A stretch of DNA of 59,397 bases, the filler included, from Sphacelaria rigidula (taxonomy: Eukaryota), in assembly GCA_964200075.2 (NCBI GenBank). It is 4 parts of 4 records of this genome, joined end to end, with 100 filler letters (N's around TTAATTAATTAA, not from the genome) between each part and the next. Parts side by side here need not be neighbours in the genome. Positions count along the whole stretch, not along the records: positions 1 to 14,778 come from CAXNAA020002052.1; positions 14,879 to 29,652 come from CAXNAA020002053.1; 2 more parts are not named here. One strand, written 5' to 3'. Numbering within the stretch: the stretch's first letter is position 1; every line of letters begins with the position of its first letter. Below are positions 11,319 through 24,100 of the stretch, one piece after another. Under the pieces are notes generated by a model. It worked only from the letters and a program-made list of their open reading frames with translations, was not told where the DNA came from and searched no databases. Position numbers and translations under genes: made by a program.

Positions 11319-13088
11319 GAATATATATGGCTGTCGTGGCGTATGTGTGCAAAACCCCCCATGTTCGACGGTCAACTCGACAGGAACAAAACGTTTAACG
11401 CGTGAACCCAGCTCTGATAAGAGAGCTCGCAGAGGTTGCACAGCGTTGGGTCCACACTTGCTTGTGCAACAAAAGCAAAGATGATTTAGATTTGGCGCTT
11501 CACTTGATCGAACTCAAATCAAACACAAACAGTCTCCACTCTCCAGAAAATTGGTGACAAGCTGGTAGGCTTACGTGAGGTAGGCCGCTGTGGAGAGTGA
11601 TAACGTAGGGCTACGTCGTATCTCTCTTGGATACTATAAAACGGTTTTTCCAAACTGCTGATACCTTAGACTCATCGTACTCAACTTTTTACTATTCTGA
11701 CAATATGCTTACTCTCTGCATAAGAGCTATACAGTTCACGAGCTATTCATTATTCTTCCACGAATATCCCACCTCTTCGGTTACTACCACGATTTTTGTA
11801 TCAACGCTGAACCGTGACTGGTTTCCCCGCTAATCTCGAGTATGTATGATCGGAGCTATTATTTCTCAAATCCCAAGAGACCCTTGGCGTCAACGTGGGA
11901 ATCGAGCTCAGTGCTCTCGATTTTGGGCGCATTTCATATATCAGATTCAACTAGTCGTCAGCGAATGCCAGTGCAGCAAAGGGCTTCCGTGCAAGCACCC
12001 GACCTCACGTAGGTTGACGGCAGGCATTGCATAGAGAACGCACAAGCGTGTGCAATACTAGATCCTATCTCATGGTATAGTGGCTGATAGGTGGTGTAGT
12101 GCAGTACAACCACCGTCGTAATATTGATCTAAAACATGAATCAGTCGAAGCTGAACGCGTTCAACACCCGGCAACCACACAACCAACTTTTAGTATTTTT
12201 TGAAGACGTTTTTAATGAAATCTTGTGTACAGTAGCATCTCTCCCTGGTAATCTCGGTAAAGTACATGACATACGGTAGAGGCTGCCTAAGGTCCGATCA
12301 AACAACCAACAGTAAGCCATCAAGCAAAAGGCGCGCTATTTTGCACATGTTCTGAAGTTATGTTCGCCTTGGTATTCATTAGAACGCGCGTCACCTTATG
12401 GATGGGCTCCTTCCATCTTGCACAGTAAATGAATGAACTGGTTGGTATAAGAAACGATATGTCAAATTGAAAATATTGGTGGATCATCCTGCTTCGTCTT
12501 GCCCCGTTTTTTCGGAGGCAAAAAAACTCTATAGCCGCCGAGACGCAACTCGGGCAAGTCTTGATGATGTATCCTCAAAACCTGAATTGGGCCGTTTACC
12601 GGCGCTTTCATCTCAGGTCGCAACGTGCAGACTTCAGGCGTCAGACAAACACGAGTACACGCTTGCTACGAGTATGGGTGCCAACTTCACTTACGACCGT
12701 GACATCTTGAAGCTATCGGCGTTGAGACTTGTCTAAACTTTGTACACATTTACACACATCTCGCGCCGGTACACCTAGCTTTTGCAAGCTAGATTATACT
12801 GTGGCTCCCAAACAGCTGAGCGGCAACCTGCATCCATGGCCTTTAGTTCCCCGACATCTTGTTTAGTTTAGTTTTGATTTGGTATGGCCTCTCCACCTGA
12901 AGCCATGAAGTAGGGGCAGGGCAATCACCGTTACCATTTATACTTCTAGTTGGGCCGGTGCTATTGTAGTTTGATCTTGGCGTATTTTCTTCTCCCCTTC
13001 ATTGTCATTCTATACCTTTTTTTCTTCCTCTTCGCGCGTGTGCTTCTTGTTACTAAGTTCACTGGTTTACTGTCCGCTCTATCTTCAC

Positions 13089-13121
<33 letters not shown>

Positions 13122-13297
13122 TTCCCCACCTGCAATCTCGTCGCTGTCACAGCAGCCCTCCAGGCAACTAAAACGANNNNNNNNNNTTTTACTTTTTTTC
13201 TTCCCCTTCCCGCTTGTCCTTCTTTTTTTTTAGTTCCCTTCTTTTCTGTCCCCCCTTTCTTTCCTCCCCCCCCCCCCCCCCCTTCCTCGGTGCTCCA

Positions 13298-13370
13298 TCT
13301 CGAAAGGGATGCGTGGTCCATGGTCAAACGGCTAAGGCAAGCAACATATGAGTACGTCCCTTCCCCCCCT
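13298..13370 (+). mobile_element. 5'-truncated 3' end of the same LINE family as 3731-8700, with C-rich tail
   Basis: CTCGAAAGGGATGCGTGGTCCATGGTCAAACGGCTAAGGCAAGCAACATATGAGTACG followed by a C-rich run; matches the reverse complement of 3745-3803. Confidence 0.75.
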
Positions 13371-14778
13371 CTCGAGCATTAGATAACGAGTGCCTTGTTT
13401 TTAATTTCACATTTGGAGCGTCTCTTGTGACCATGGATGTTCTCCTAGGGCACCGGTCAACATTCGAGAATCGAGCAACACCTGTTATCTCGGCGCATGC
13501 TTGATAAACGATGCAACCACCTCGAGGTATAAACCCTGACGACATGTATCGTCACATGGATATGAATAGCTACACTTATTGCTGGTTGAAAAAATGGCAG
13601 GCCCTTGTTCAATCCCGTGCCATGACCCCTTGTAGTTTGAAAATTGAATGTCAACTGGCCTAAACTCGGTGGTGAGGTGAACGCCAACGGATTGGGTCAA
13701 CTTGTTTCGTTTCGGGTTTTGCCGATACGAAGAACGGTATGAGATACCACATCGCCCACGACACCGGACCTTCAAGTGAAGCTCATCAGAACACAAGAAT
13801 AATATCTTCAACAGAAGGGACAATCAAGAAATGAATATTCATTTGACTCTCCGACTATGGAGCTTTCAGAGTTTCAGGAGGAGTATTGGTAAGGTCAGTC
13901 GATCAAGAAACTGTTGGCAGGGCATACACACCTCCAAATGACTATGGGGCAAGCGTCGGCATCAACCGATTATCGTCGATTAAAAGACGTATTCATCAGT
14001 TGTCAAGGGGTGACAGCGTTGTCTAGGCAAACGCGTTCAACACGGACGAAGAACACATGATCCGTTTTTTCTGTGTTTCACGAAACCGTTCAATCAAATA
14101 AAAATAAAAAACAAACAGCCGAACCACCATGGTATCTGTTTCTTGAAGTCTTCGAGCGCCCGGCCATTCGTTGAAGGGTCGAAGGACGGGCCCGGGGGCA
14201 GGGGGGTGTACGGAGTGTGTTCTCATAATCTTGCATGACGTTGGCGTATAACCATTGACCTCACATCCCTACAAAGTCGGGACGGAGCGCGCCGGGTTTT
14301 CGCCGAATCACGCTCGCAATCGGAGAGGGGTAGGGGCGGGAAGGGGGAAATTCGATGGCAAGAGTGCGCCAGTATGAGAATATAGTTTTCATGTTTCGCA
14401 CTTTTAATCGTGATTCGTCCATTCACCACCCCTGGCTACGTATTGCCGTCTCAGTACCGCAGAACAGCGGCGGTGATATCACCAGCGGTGCAGGTGTGCA
14501 TGCATGTCTGAAGATGTCGGCAAATGTGGCAGAACTATGGTGCATCTATCTGAAAACATCTACATGAAACGAGGAGTGCACACTCCTTCATCGAGCACTA
14601 GGAGTAGGTACGCCGGTGCACTCCTGTTGGCATGAACGCTTCTTATGCAACACTCTGATTGAGCGACCATGTCTTGTTATGGTTACTCACACAACGCGGT
14701 GGAGTGATATAGTTTCGAAACCCCAACAACCGCCACCCAGAGATGAAAGTTAGTGTGTAATGAGAGGGGAAGGGGGGG

Positions 14779-14878
14779 NNNNNNNNNNNNNNNNNNNNNN
14801 NNNNNNNNNNNNNNNNNNNNNNTTAATTAATTAANNNNNNNNNNNNNNNNNNNNNNNNNNNNNNNNNNNNNNNNNNNN
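14779..14878. other. Artificial contig linker N44-TTAATTAATTAA-N44
   Basis: Fixed 100-bp spacer with stop codons in all six frames; identical at 29653 and 44527. Confidence 0.97.
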
Positions 14879-14930
14879 TGAAGTGGTGGCGGCCCGACCT
14901 GGGGTGGCGGAGAGGGGCATCCCAATTTAC

Positions 14931-14965
<35 letters not shown>

Positions 14966-15249
14966 ACAATGCCTGGTTCGGGGAGGCAAAATCTTCACGA
15001 AAATCGAAATGGCAAACGCCAAGCGCAACGAGCAGCTGCGAATTCCCACACTTGGGTTCGTTCTCGCCAATATCGCCCATAGCAGGCGCTTCATGCAGCC
15101 TGAAGCCAAACATCAGGCGCTGTATGTTCATTTTTTTCGTGACACTTTTGGGCTAGTTTTTTGGGGGGGGACTATCGTAAAAAGTATCTAATACTGTATA
15201 CACAATTAAGATCATGATCGATCATAAATGAGTTTCCGCGGCTCCTCAC

Positions 15250-18200
15250 CCCTTGCTCATGTAGTCGTCCTCGGGTACGTTGTATTTTTTCACGAACAAT
15301 TCATGAATCTGGCTATTGATTGCTTTAATCCATTTGTTGACGGTCGGCGCGTTCTTTGCTAAGAGCGTCCACATCATCTGGTAGCGCGCGACGAGGCATT
15401 CGGTGAAAGGATCCCCACGGGGAACAAGGACGGGATCACAAGTGTAAGACAGGCACGAGCAACACGCGGTCGTCATGGTTGGTCCGCTCGTCAAAACTTT
15501 CCGAGCAAAGCACTAACTGACATCAAGGAGAGAGGTGGGCACCAACCATCCGCAATGTCGAAATTCCAAATTACACACCTTCGGTTCAACGGGTTTCTCG
15601 AAACAACGATATGCCAACATCACGCGTTCGACGAGACACATTTCTTCGAAACAGCAGTGTTGCAGTAGTGCAGTCTTCCCATATAGCATTCCGATATGGT
15701 TTGCTCCTCTAAGACACGCAGGCTCCCCGAGCATGGTCGAAGGAGCTGCTGTCCAACAACAGAAAGCGCCGGGTTTCAACCACACGTGTCCAGGTGAGGT
15801 TCTGTCTACCCTCACCTCTCCCTCTCGAATGCAGAAGCAGTTCTCAATGTTCGTGAAATTTGTAACGGAGTGGGGAGTGAGCTCCATAGTCTGCACATAC
15901 GCGGGTGTCGAGGAAGGAGGGAAAATTCGGGGGGAGGGGGGGCAAGGAGGGGGGTACAGAATAGTGAGTGGATATGAGCTTCGTATCGCTTGCAACATAG
16001 CTACCGTTCGTTGCCAGTCAAGGTTGTATCAACCTCGGGGTTCAACACGTCGCAGGAACGGTCCAACAAGTGATACATGCCATTGAATAATACGCAGCAA
16101 ATACGCTCGACACTTGTTATACACGCTACAAATATGAAGCAGGAAGATTGAAAAATTGAAAAATTGAAAAAAACAGACAACTTCCTGGTTATCTATCCCC
16201 TTGCGCTTTTGGTAATGGTAATGGACTACTTGTTCAAGAATCAGGAAATACCCAATTCATTCTTCACGAGGTCTACCTAGTACAGGAGCTGTATCCAGCT
16301 CGGGGAAGTACACTTGGCATTGCTCTCTTTCTACCACACGCTTCCACACGTCTGAACCAAAAAAATACAGCGATGAGAACAGTACTTGAACGCTTCACCA
16401 AAACATATGCGAAATGAACAACAGCCGGCGCCGAAGAAACTCAACGTCTCCGTGTTCACACGAAATATGCGAAAAAGATGGATCACCTTGCAATTTTGGG
16501 TGCCCACGAGAGACTTGGTAGCGTAGCTCGTGAAGAAACCATCCTCCAGAACGAAATAACGAGTCTTCCATCCTGGGGTGTTTTCGTTCTGGATGATCAG
16601 GTGACCCTGCTGCACGTTCCCCCAACGGAAATCAGGCACCCCAACGACACATGCAGCCGACAGCGTTCAGGATGGAGGCAGAATGGGAAGGCCGGGGTGT
16701 TCCTAGCCGTCGCCAATGTATGCATGGTGTCGTCGAAGCTTTATCTAGCAGCAGTTATCTCTGTACTTGAGTTGGCGTGGGACAACCTGTAAAATCGTCA
16801 TTGTCCCCTTTCCCGCCTTGCGGTGAACGCATTCAGGCCGAAGGGTCATCTCTGGAATGAAATCTTGTGATAAAACGCTCATCATTACGTTTGTCATGCA
16901 CAGGGGGGATGACACCACAACGCAGTCAAATTCACTCATCAAAGGTCGGATATGCTATACTGATATTAAGTGAGCGCGGAAAATTCCGGCATAATGTCGG
17001 GTTGGCGACCCGCCGCAGTACACTGATATACCGCCCTCAGCAAGAGACGTAGCAACTGATCACCGCCTGAAATCAACGCTCAGCAGCTCAGGTCAATATT
17101 TTCAGATCTACTAGTCGTAGTCGCAGTCGTTTGAATGTACGTCACCCGATCCATCGTTTTCTGGGGATGGCGTCGCTTTTTCTCTGCTCTTCTAGTGATG
17201 TCGATCGTGCATCCTATACTTCGAAGTATATGTATATATTCTATACGTGAAGGATTTTCCTTGGATCTTTTTTTCCTTCCTCTGCTCTGTCGTTTATCGG
17301 CCCACCACGAATGGAGATCGTAATGCTGCATAGTAGAAACGTATATTGGATGCCTACATGTGTCACAGAATGCGAACGAGTGAGGTCGGATGACTGTGAG
17401 ATGACTGTGAACAACGGTGGAGCCATAAACCCTGCAAAATCGGACGAGACTCCACTTGCAGGTGAGCTGAGATCCCCACGTACATCAGATATTGACTGAA
17501 GGTATGTAGTTACTGTCTACAATGTCGTCATGTATCCAGCCATGCGCTTTCAGGCACTCCCGCCACCTGTACTACTCGCAGTCAGCATAGTGCTCTGAAT
17601 TGTGCTAAAAACCTGCATCAAAATTCACCGTCATTTTAGCAAGGGAAAAAAAACGTGTCGGCGTGTGAGACGCACACCTGCAGTCTGCCGCCGCTCATGG
17701 CCCGATTGAACATTCGGCTGCTGGCGCTGCGCCCACCCGTCTTTTGGTCGGTGGTCGTTATCGCACTCAAGCCGGTGCTTTGAGCGGTACTCTTCCTCTT
17801 GTGGACAGGAGATACACTAAAGGAGACGGAGAATTCAGGCACAAGCAAGCATAGACAGGTCATGGGGGATATTGAACACGGATAGGAGAAGAACAGTGAC
17901 GACGAAGCACTGATTGGTTGCCTATGCGTCCACCTTATCCGAAGAAAACGGCACATATCGATAGAACCTTGCGCGTGCCGGCGGGTGCGACGGCTTGTCA
18001 GATACGTTCGACCATGTACTGGTATGCTTTGATTTATCAATGTTTGCTGTAAGTATACATGCCGGTTGCCCCGGTGGCTCAGTTTGGTGTAACCTCGAAA
18101 CCCTCTGATGGTTGGGTCGTGGGTTCGAATCTCGGTAAAGTCACACGATCTGGGATTTTTTCTAACACAACACCCATCAGTGAAGAGCGACCATGTCGTG

Positions 18201-21068
18201 GGTACAAAAAACATATTTCACCGTCGTCAATGAAAAGGGGCTGCTGAACCCCCCTCGCGATAGAAAGTAAGGCAAGCACAGCAGAAGGAATGGTGGAGTA
18301 CTAAAACAGAAAAAAAAAAAACTACTGTGTTGGCCTTCCTCCGGTGTGACCCGGTTGATGCGCCCACATATACCAAAAGGTATAGACTGGCGTCCAGAAT
18401 AGATGGGATGACAACACACAACACACACACAAACGCCTGCATGCACGCACATGCACACCCTCTCGCGGTACCGATTCCATCCTGTAAAGCAGACACGCCA
18501 AACTAGATTCCTCCACCAGATTTTTTCATTTCATTTTCTTGCAAACACAGAGTGAAAGTCCCAAGCGTTCAGGTAAACACACGTAGCCTAAACAGGCCAA
18601 CGATTGGAGGGGGAACGTCCCCGAAAGCATGTATGGCATGAGGAGGGGCATTGGGGGAGTTGGCACGCGGAGAAGTTGGCACGTGAAGGAGTTCGCTGCT
18701 ATAGATACCAAGGAAACCGATGAGAGGGAAGCGCTGCTGACACGCGCAACCTTCACCTCGACGCTCAATGGAGTGTCGCAGACGAACTGATCCCCTCCGA
18801 GTCATGATCCAGTGGTGGCAATTATCCACAAGATATACGTACAGTACCCAAGGTGAAAACCAAACGGAAAGAATAGCCAAAGAAGAATGTAGAAAATAGC
18901 AAACGTCGAGCAAACAAGGAGAGCTACTAGTAGACTAAAAAACAACATTAGAGACGAGAAAATGACAAGTAGAAATGGCCGGACCCTGCAACATGACTTC
19001 AGGTGGAACAGGTCTTGCTTGCGCCATAGATCAAGCATACACACTCATCCATACCCATACGAAAACAAGAGCAACCGTGGAAACGATTACGGCTCAACCA
19101 TTTCGGCCACACCGTGTTGGATATCAACTCTCACCCATGAGCCCTATGAAAAGGAGGCACCCAACCGCGACTTCCACAATTCCATACACGGCGAGTAAAT
19201 AGCACACATGAAGAGAGTGAACACCAATATAATGCAAAAGCGTCGGCGGGGACTTCACATTTGAAAATGTGAAGAGAAAAAAATCTGCCCTCTAGCGGAG
19301 ACGTTTTCAAAACTTGTAACAACAGATGCGTACACAACCCCGGAGTGTTCATTACCTGGAAATCTGTATTTTGTGCCCACATGCATCACAGAAGACGAAG
19401 TGAGCCGAACACCTGTGAAGTCGGATGGACAAGATTAAGCGGCAATTCTCATTCTATTGGACGTCGTAAAAACCTGACTGGTGCTACAAACTGTAACCAC
19501 AACCTTAACCCTGACACTAACCCAAACCCTAACCCGAGCGCTAGCCCTAGCCGCATATTCGAAAGTACCTGCTGTTCGGGGCGCCAACTTGCTCGAGCAT
19601 GTTCATGACCGACTTCGATCGATTGGCTCTCATCTTGCCTCTCGCCGGGGCGGACGGTGCTACGGCCTCATCGCCATCGTCCTCGCCGGTGGCTACAGAA
19701 AGCCGCACTCTCTGCAGTTCCAACCAGTACGGTACGAAAATGTGTTACTGTGACACCAGGTGGCGACACGACAATTGCAAGTTCGAAGTAACATCATACC
19801 TGGCGGGAATCGAACCCATATTTTTCCTGCCGTAATGGTGTGTCAGTTGCACCATTAGACAATCGGAGCGCGGTGACGTGTCGACCGGAATCCCGAACGA
19901 GATGAACGACAGCTTCTAAAGCCTCGTGGAAGAAATAAATCTCGTGAATCGTCGGACGCTTCACACGTGCCACCCAAAGTTATGCCCGTGAATGAAGGTC
20001 GTACCGACCAAAAATCCGTTAACGACAAAAAATAAAATGGATGCGGACGGATATCAAAGACGTATTGAAGACGTCATGGACTGGTCGGGCCTGTGCCGAA
20101 ACTGTGCCGAACCTCTGCTGAACATGACACATGCTCCATCCCAAGTTACTTAGGTTTAGTATGCGACAGCTGTACATTTTCCATCGCCATTATCTCGAGA
20201 CAGGAAACAAATCGGCCTCTGGAACTTCACAGCCCCCCGCACACACACTAGACGTAGTGATTTTGACAAGCGGAGTTGCTAAATCGTCACAGCGGATCCG
20301 AAAAGCCCCAGAACGTTGCAGGGAACGCGTTTTGTAGTACAGTCTGTGTTTAGTGCAGCGATTTGCAAAGTGCTGCGTCCTCCGCGGCACGCATATGGCG
20401 TGCTCCGCGGCACGCGTACGCAAACCTTTTCAAATTCACTAGTTCTGGTGTGTGGGAAGCGCACGCATCAACCGCAGTCCAATCCTCTGCGTCGTTGCCG
20501 AGAAAGTAGCGTTGAAAGATAAGCACAACAACATACTGCAACAAGAAGGGTACAGCAACAACACAACCAGCAGCTTCTATCCTCCTGTTGTTATTCCCCT
20601 GTGCACAGGTGTACAGCAACGTCAGTCACAGGGGTGTTGTAGAATGTACTGTAGCAATAGGAAATTTTGTATGAGCGCCGTCGTCATTTCAAATGACGCG
20701 TGTACTTGTGATTGATACTAATTGACTCATGTAGGTTTCATTTCTTCCGCATTCAACTCACTGTGGAGTTGGTCGGTCCTTGTTCTCGGTATATAGTGCC
20801 CAAAATCGGGCCCCATTCACGGGCATACCAGTGGCGGCAATTTGATCGGGTATTCACTGCTTGAGTGGTCATTTTGTCGTATAGGCGAGAAATCCGACTT
20901 TGTTCATCCAATGAGCCAAACCTTATGACTAACAAATCACGTGAATCTATTTGAACATCATCTATTGATCTGTTCGATCTGTTTGATCGCACCTTCCCCG
21001 GAAGCGGCAGGGAGCACCAACCTTGATCCAACAACCGACCACCCCTGTGCAACTTTGACTGATTTATG

Positions 21069-21104
<36 letters not shown>

Positions 21105-24100
21105 ATACCTGTGTAAAATTATATGCATCTTGGGTTGGGGAAAAGTAGGTAAGGTATGACACATCCGAATGACCGTCGGAAAAAGGAACAATACTCAGAA
21201 GTAAGTTCAGTTTCGTGGTGCCGCCCGAGCCGGACGTCTTGTATTTTTTGTGTGTGCTATTTCATCAATTCGATTTACTGTACTGTGAATAATATACGTA
21301 CATCAGGTACCAATCACCACCAACCACCTAGGGACACAACCGTGCCTGACTACATGCGCCTTGTGTGCATCCACACTACTACCGAAGCGTAGGCCGCACT
21401 AAAAAAACAGCGGTGCCGACACGGTCCTGAGATTTGTGTGCTGTACCGTAGCCAACCAACAAGGCGTACAGTGCAATACTTCGTCGAGGGCGAGAAGCGA
21501 TCACGTATACTGCAAATGGATAGCGGATGGAGCATGAACGAAATGACGACCACACGCGCGCGCTGTTGAGAAACCCCGTCGAACAGGTAGACCAGCACTA
21601 TTCTCCGCCGCCATTCATCGCTAGCCGAATCACGCGTGGCGCGCTGCATTGACAAATATTTTCACGGGAAAACGTATCAAAGCTAACCCGATTCAATTCA
21701 GCCACCCTTGATGGTTCGTCTTTTTTTTTTGTCTCCTTTCCTCTTTTGGCCGTACGTTATCCAATCTTCCCACCCTTCTCCTTCGGGAGGAGTGTCAAGT
21801 CGGGAAGGATCGACCCATCTCCCCACCAGCACCTACAGTATCACGCACTTCATTGACGAGCATTGGATGAGCCCAGAACTACCGCATCCCGTCGACCTTT
21901 CACCGAACACTCTTGACAACTCTCGTTCTCCCGCTTTTGGACGACGGCAACAGTACATAACTACACTCTGCTGCTCTCGGAAGCCAACCACAATTCATCT
22001 GAACCAGCAAGTATCAAGTGTTCATGAACCAGTTCAACCTCTGGAGCGTGGCGGCGACCTTCCGCTGGTGACATTGATCACAGCAAAATAACACCAAATG
22101 TAGTCACACTTTTGCCGGTGGTTCTCTGAACGGTTGAGAATCGGAAAACACATGAAGAAAATCTACACCGATGCAGTCAGCCTCGTCGGTTTTCTCTTCT
22201 TACACCGTTGAAAATCGAATACAAAGACGGCAGAGGGCAAGCACAGAAGATGGCAAGCACGAACGAACTCAAAACACAGCCTTTACAGTAACGTCTTTCC
22301 AGCTGCTCTCTTTTCCGTACAATCTTTACACTTCCCACCTTTTCAGCTGCTTTTTTTTCCGTATTCGCCTCCGCCTCTGCAGCCATCCTATCCTCCTCCT
22401 CCTTTCTCCGCCTTTCTTCTGCCCTGATCTCCTCTTCTTGTGCTTGCTTTTCCAAGGCCTCCCTTGCTCTTTCGTCCGATTTTTGCTTTTCTTCGGCGTC
22501 TCTCTTTTCCTCGGCTTCTCTGCGTTCCCGGTCCTGTCGCCGCTCCTCTTCCGCTTTTTGTTCTTCCGCCAGTCTTTTTTCCGCCTCTTCTTTTCGCTTT
22601 TTTGCCTCCGCGGCTTCCTGTGCAGCCGATTCTTCCTCGGCAGCATCAGCGATCAGCTGCTGGAACGAACTGCCTCGAGTCAAATCGCGCGTGATCCCAC
22701 ACGAAGTCGCAAAAAGTTCGACGGGAAAAAAAAAATCCAACAAAATCAGGTTATGGCCAGAGAAAAATATCTTAAAAAACGCGTACACAACAAACGTGTG
22801 TGCCCCCCCCAGAATGATACACTACTGCAGTAGCTCCTCAACGCCCTCTGCTGCGTTTGTCGCTTCTCCAAAATGCTATACGATTCCATGTGCATCGAGA
22901 AAACAAGCGTAATTCCATTTAAAATAGAAAGAGCGACGGAAACGTTCGGAAACGTTCTGACATGAAAGTAGGAATACGTTCGACAAGCCGACGAGGTTAT
23001 GAGGAAACATTCTACACCGCTTTGTACTACGCGGAACATCACCCACCAAGTGCCCCTGGGAAACACCAACCGGGCGCGAGTTCTCGAAAGGCTCTCCAAC
23101 CAAGTCGAAAAAGAAAAAGGAAAAATAATCACTCGGTATACAGCGACCCAGGTGGGAGCAGCAATCCATATAGCGAGTGCTGTCGAAATACGGAGCACCG
23201 ATATGTAGGGGAAATACTCGTCGTCCAGAAAGGACGAACAGCAAATACAAAAACACGAGCCGACCAGCCACACCAGCAGTCCACGGTACCTGAAGGCAGC
23301 GAACGCCTCCTCCGCCAGAGACGTGGCATCTGCAACCATGCCCTTGCCCTTGCGTAACGCCGCCACCTGTTGCTCGGCACCTTCGGCAAACGTCTTGGCC
23401 CCATCCATGACGGCATCGGCCTGGCCACTCGCAACTGTCGCCCTTTGCTTGGTCTGTTCCATGAGCGTTGCCGCTTTCTCCACCTGAGAACAAGAGCACG
23501 GTAACGGTCGACGTCCGATACCAACGAACGCAGGACAGTAGTGGCCAACGTGTACATGTACATGTCATGTCACCCAACAATCCCAGGAGGCCCGGGAACC
23601 CCGCAGGAATGCCCGAAATTCTGCGGGCTTTGATATATCTTCGGTGAAGGTATATGTATATCAGGGAGCCTTGCACTATCGTGCAACTTCCATCTGGCGT
23701 ATCACATCCATCTGGCATACCCATGTGGAACATAATGTTCATCCGGGACATCCATCAGGAATATAGACATCTATCTGGGATATCTATATCCATCAGGGAG
23801 ATCTGAGAGATCTGTGTGTCCCTCATGGATATGATAGCACAGCTGGAGGTTGCACAACAATGCAAGACAGGGGTATATCTCCGGGATGTAGCGTACGCCA
23901 CCGTGAATAACACCCCCCGCGGTGGTCAGTTTTTTTGCTGTTTTTTTCACAATGCATGTCGGTATCTAGCTGACCGATGGGGTGAGAGCAACAGCACCCC
24001 TTCATGAATAGCACGTACGGGTGGCGAGCTTTCCGGTCCCCCAACGTCATCATTAGCAGGGGGTTGTATGCATCGTCGCCCACGGCATCCACACTGGAGC

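Noticed and set aside
14823..14834. TTAATTAATTAA as a piggyBac target or regulatory palindrome
   Set aside because: It sits in the centre of fixed N-runs three times; it is an artificial six-frame-stop linker.
18068..18140. Functional tRNA gene (also 27329, 31733, 34750-34825, 39040-39075, 44477)
   Set aside because: A/B-box-like motifs are present, but there is no valid acceptor or anticodon stem, and most continue into shared repeat bodies; these are SINE heads or fragments.
18569..18790. Additional myosin exon (also ~16790-16865 and ~22040-22065)
   Set aside because: The flanking exons already join in phase with sensible sequence; these candidates break phase or have no support.
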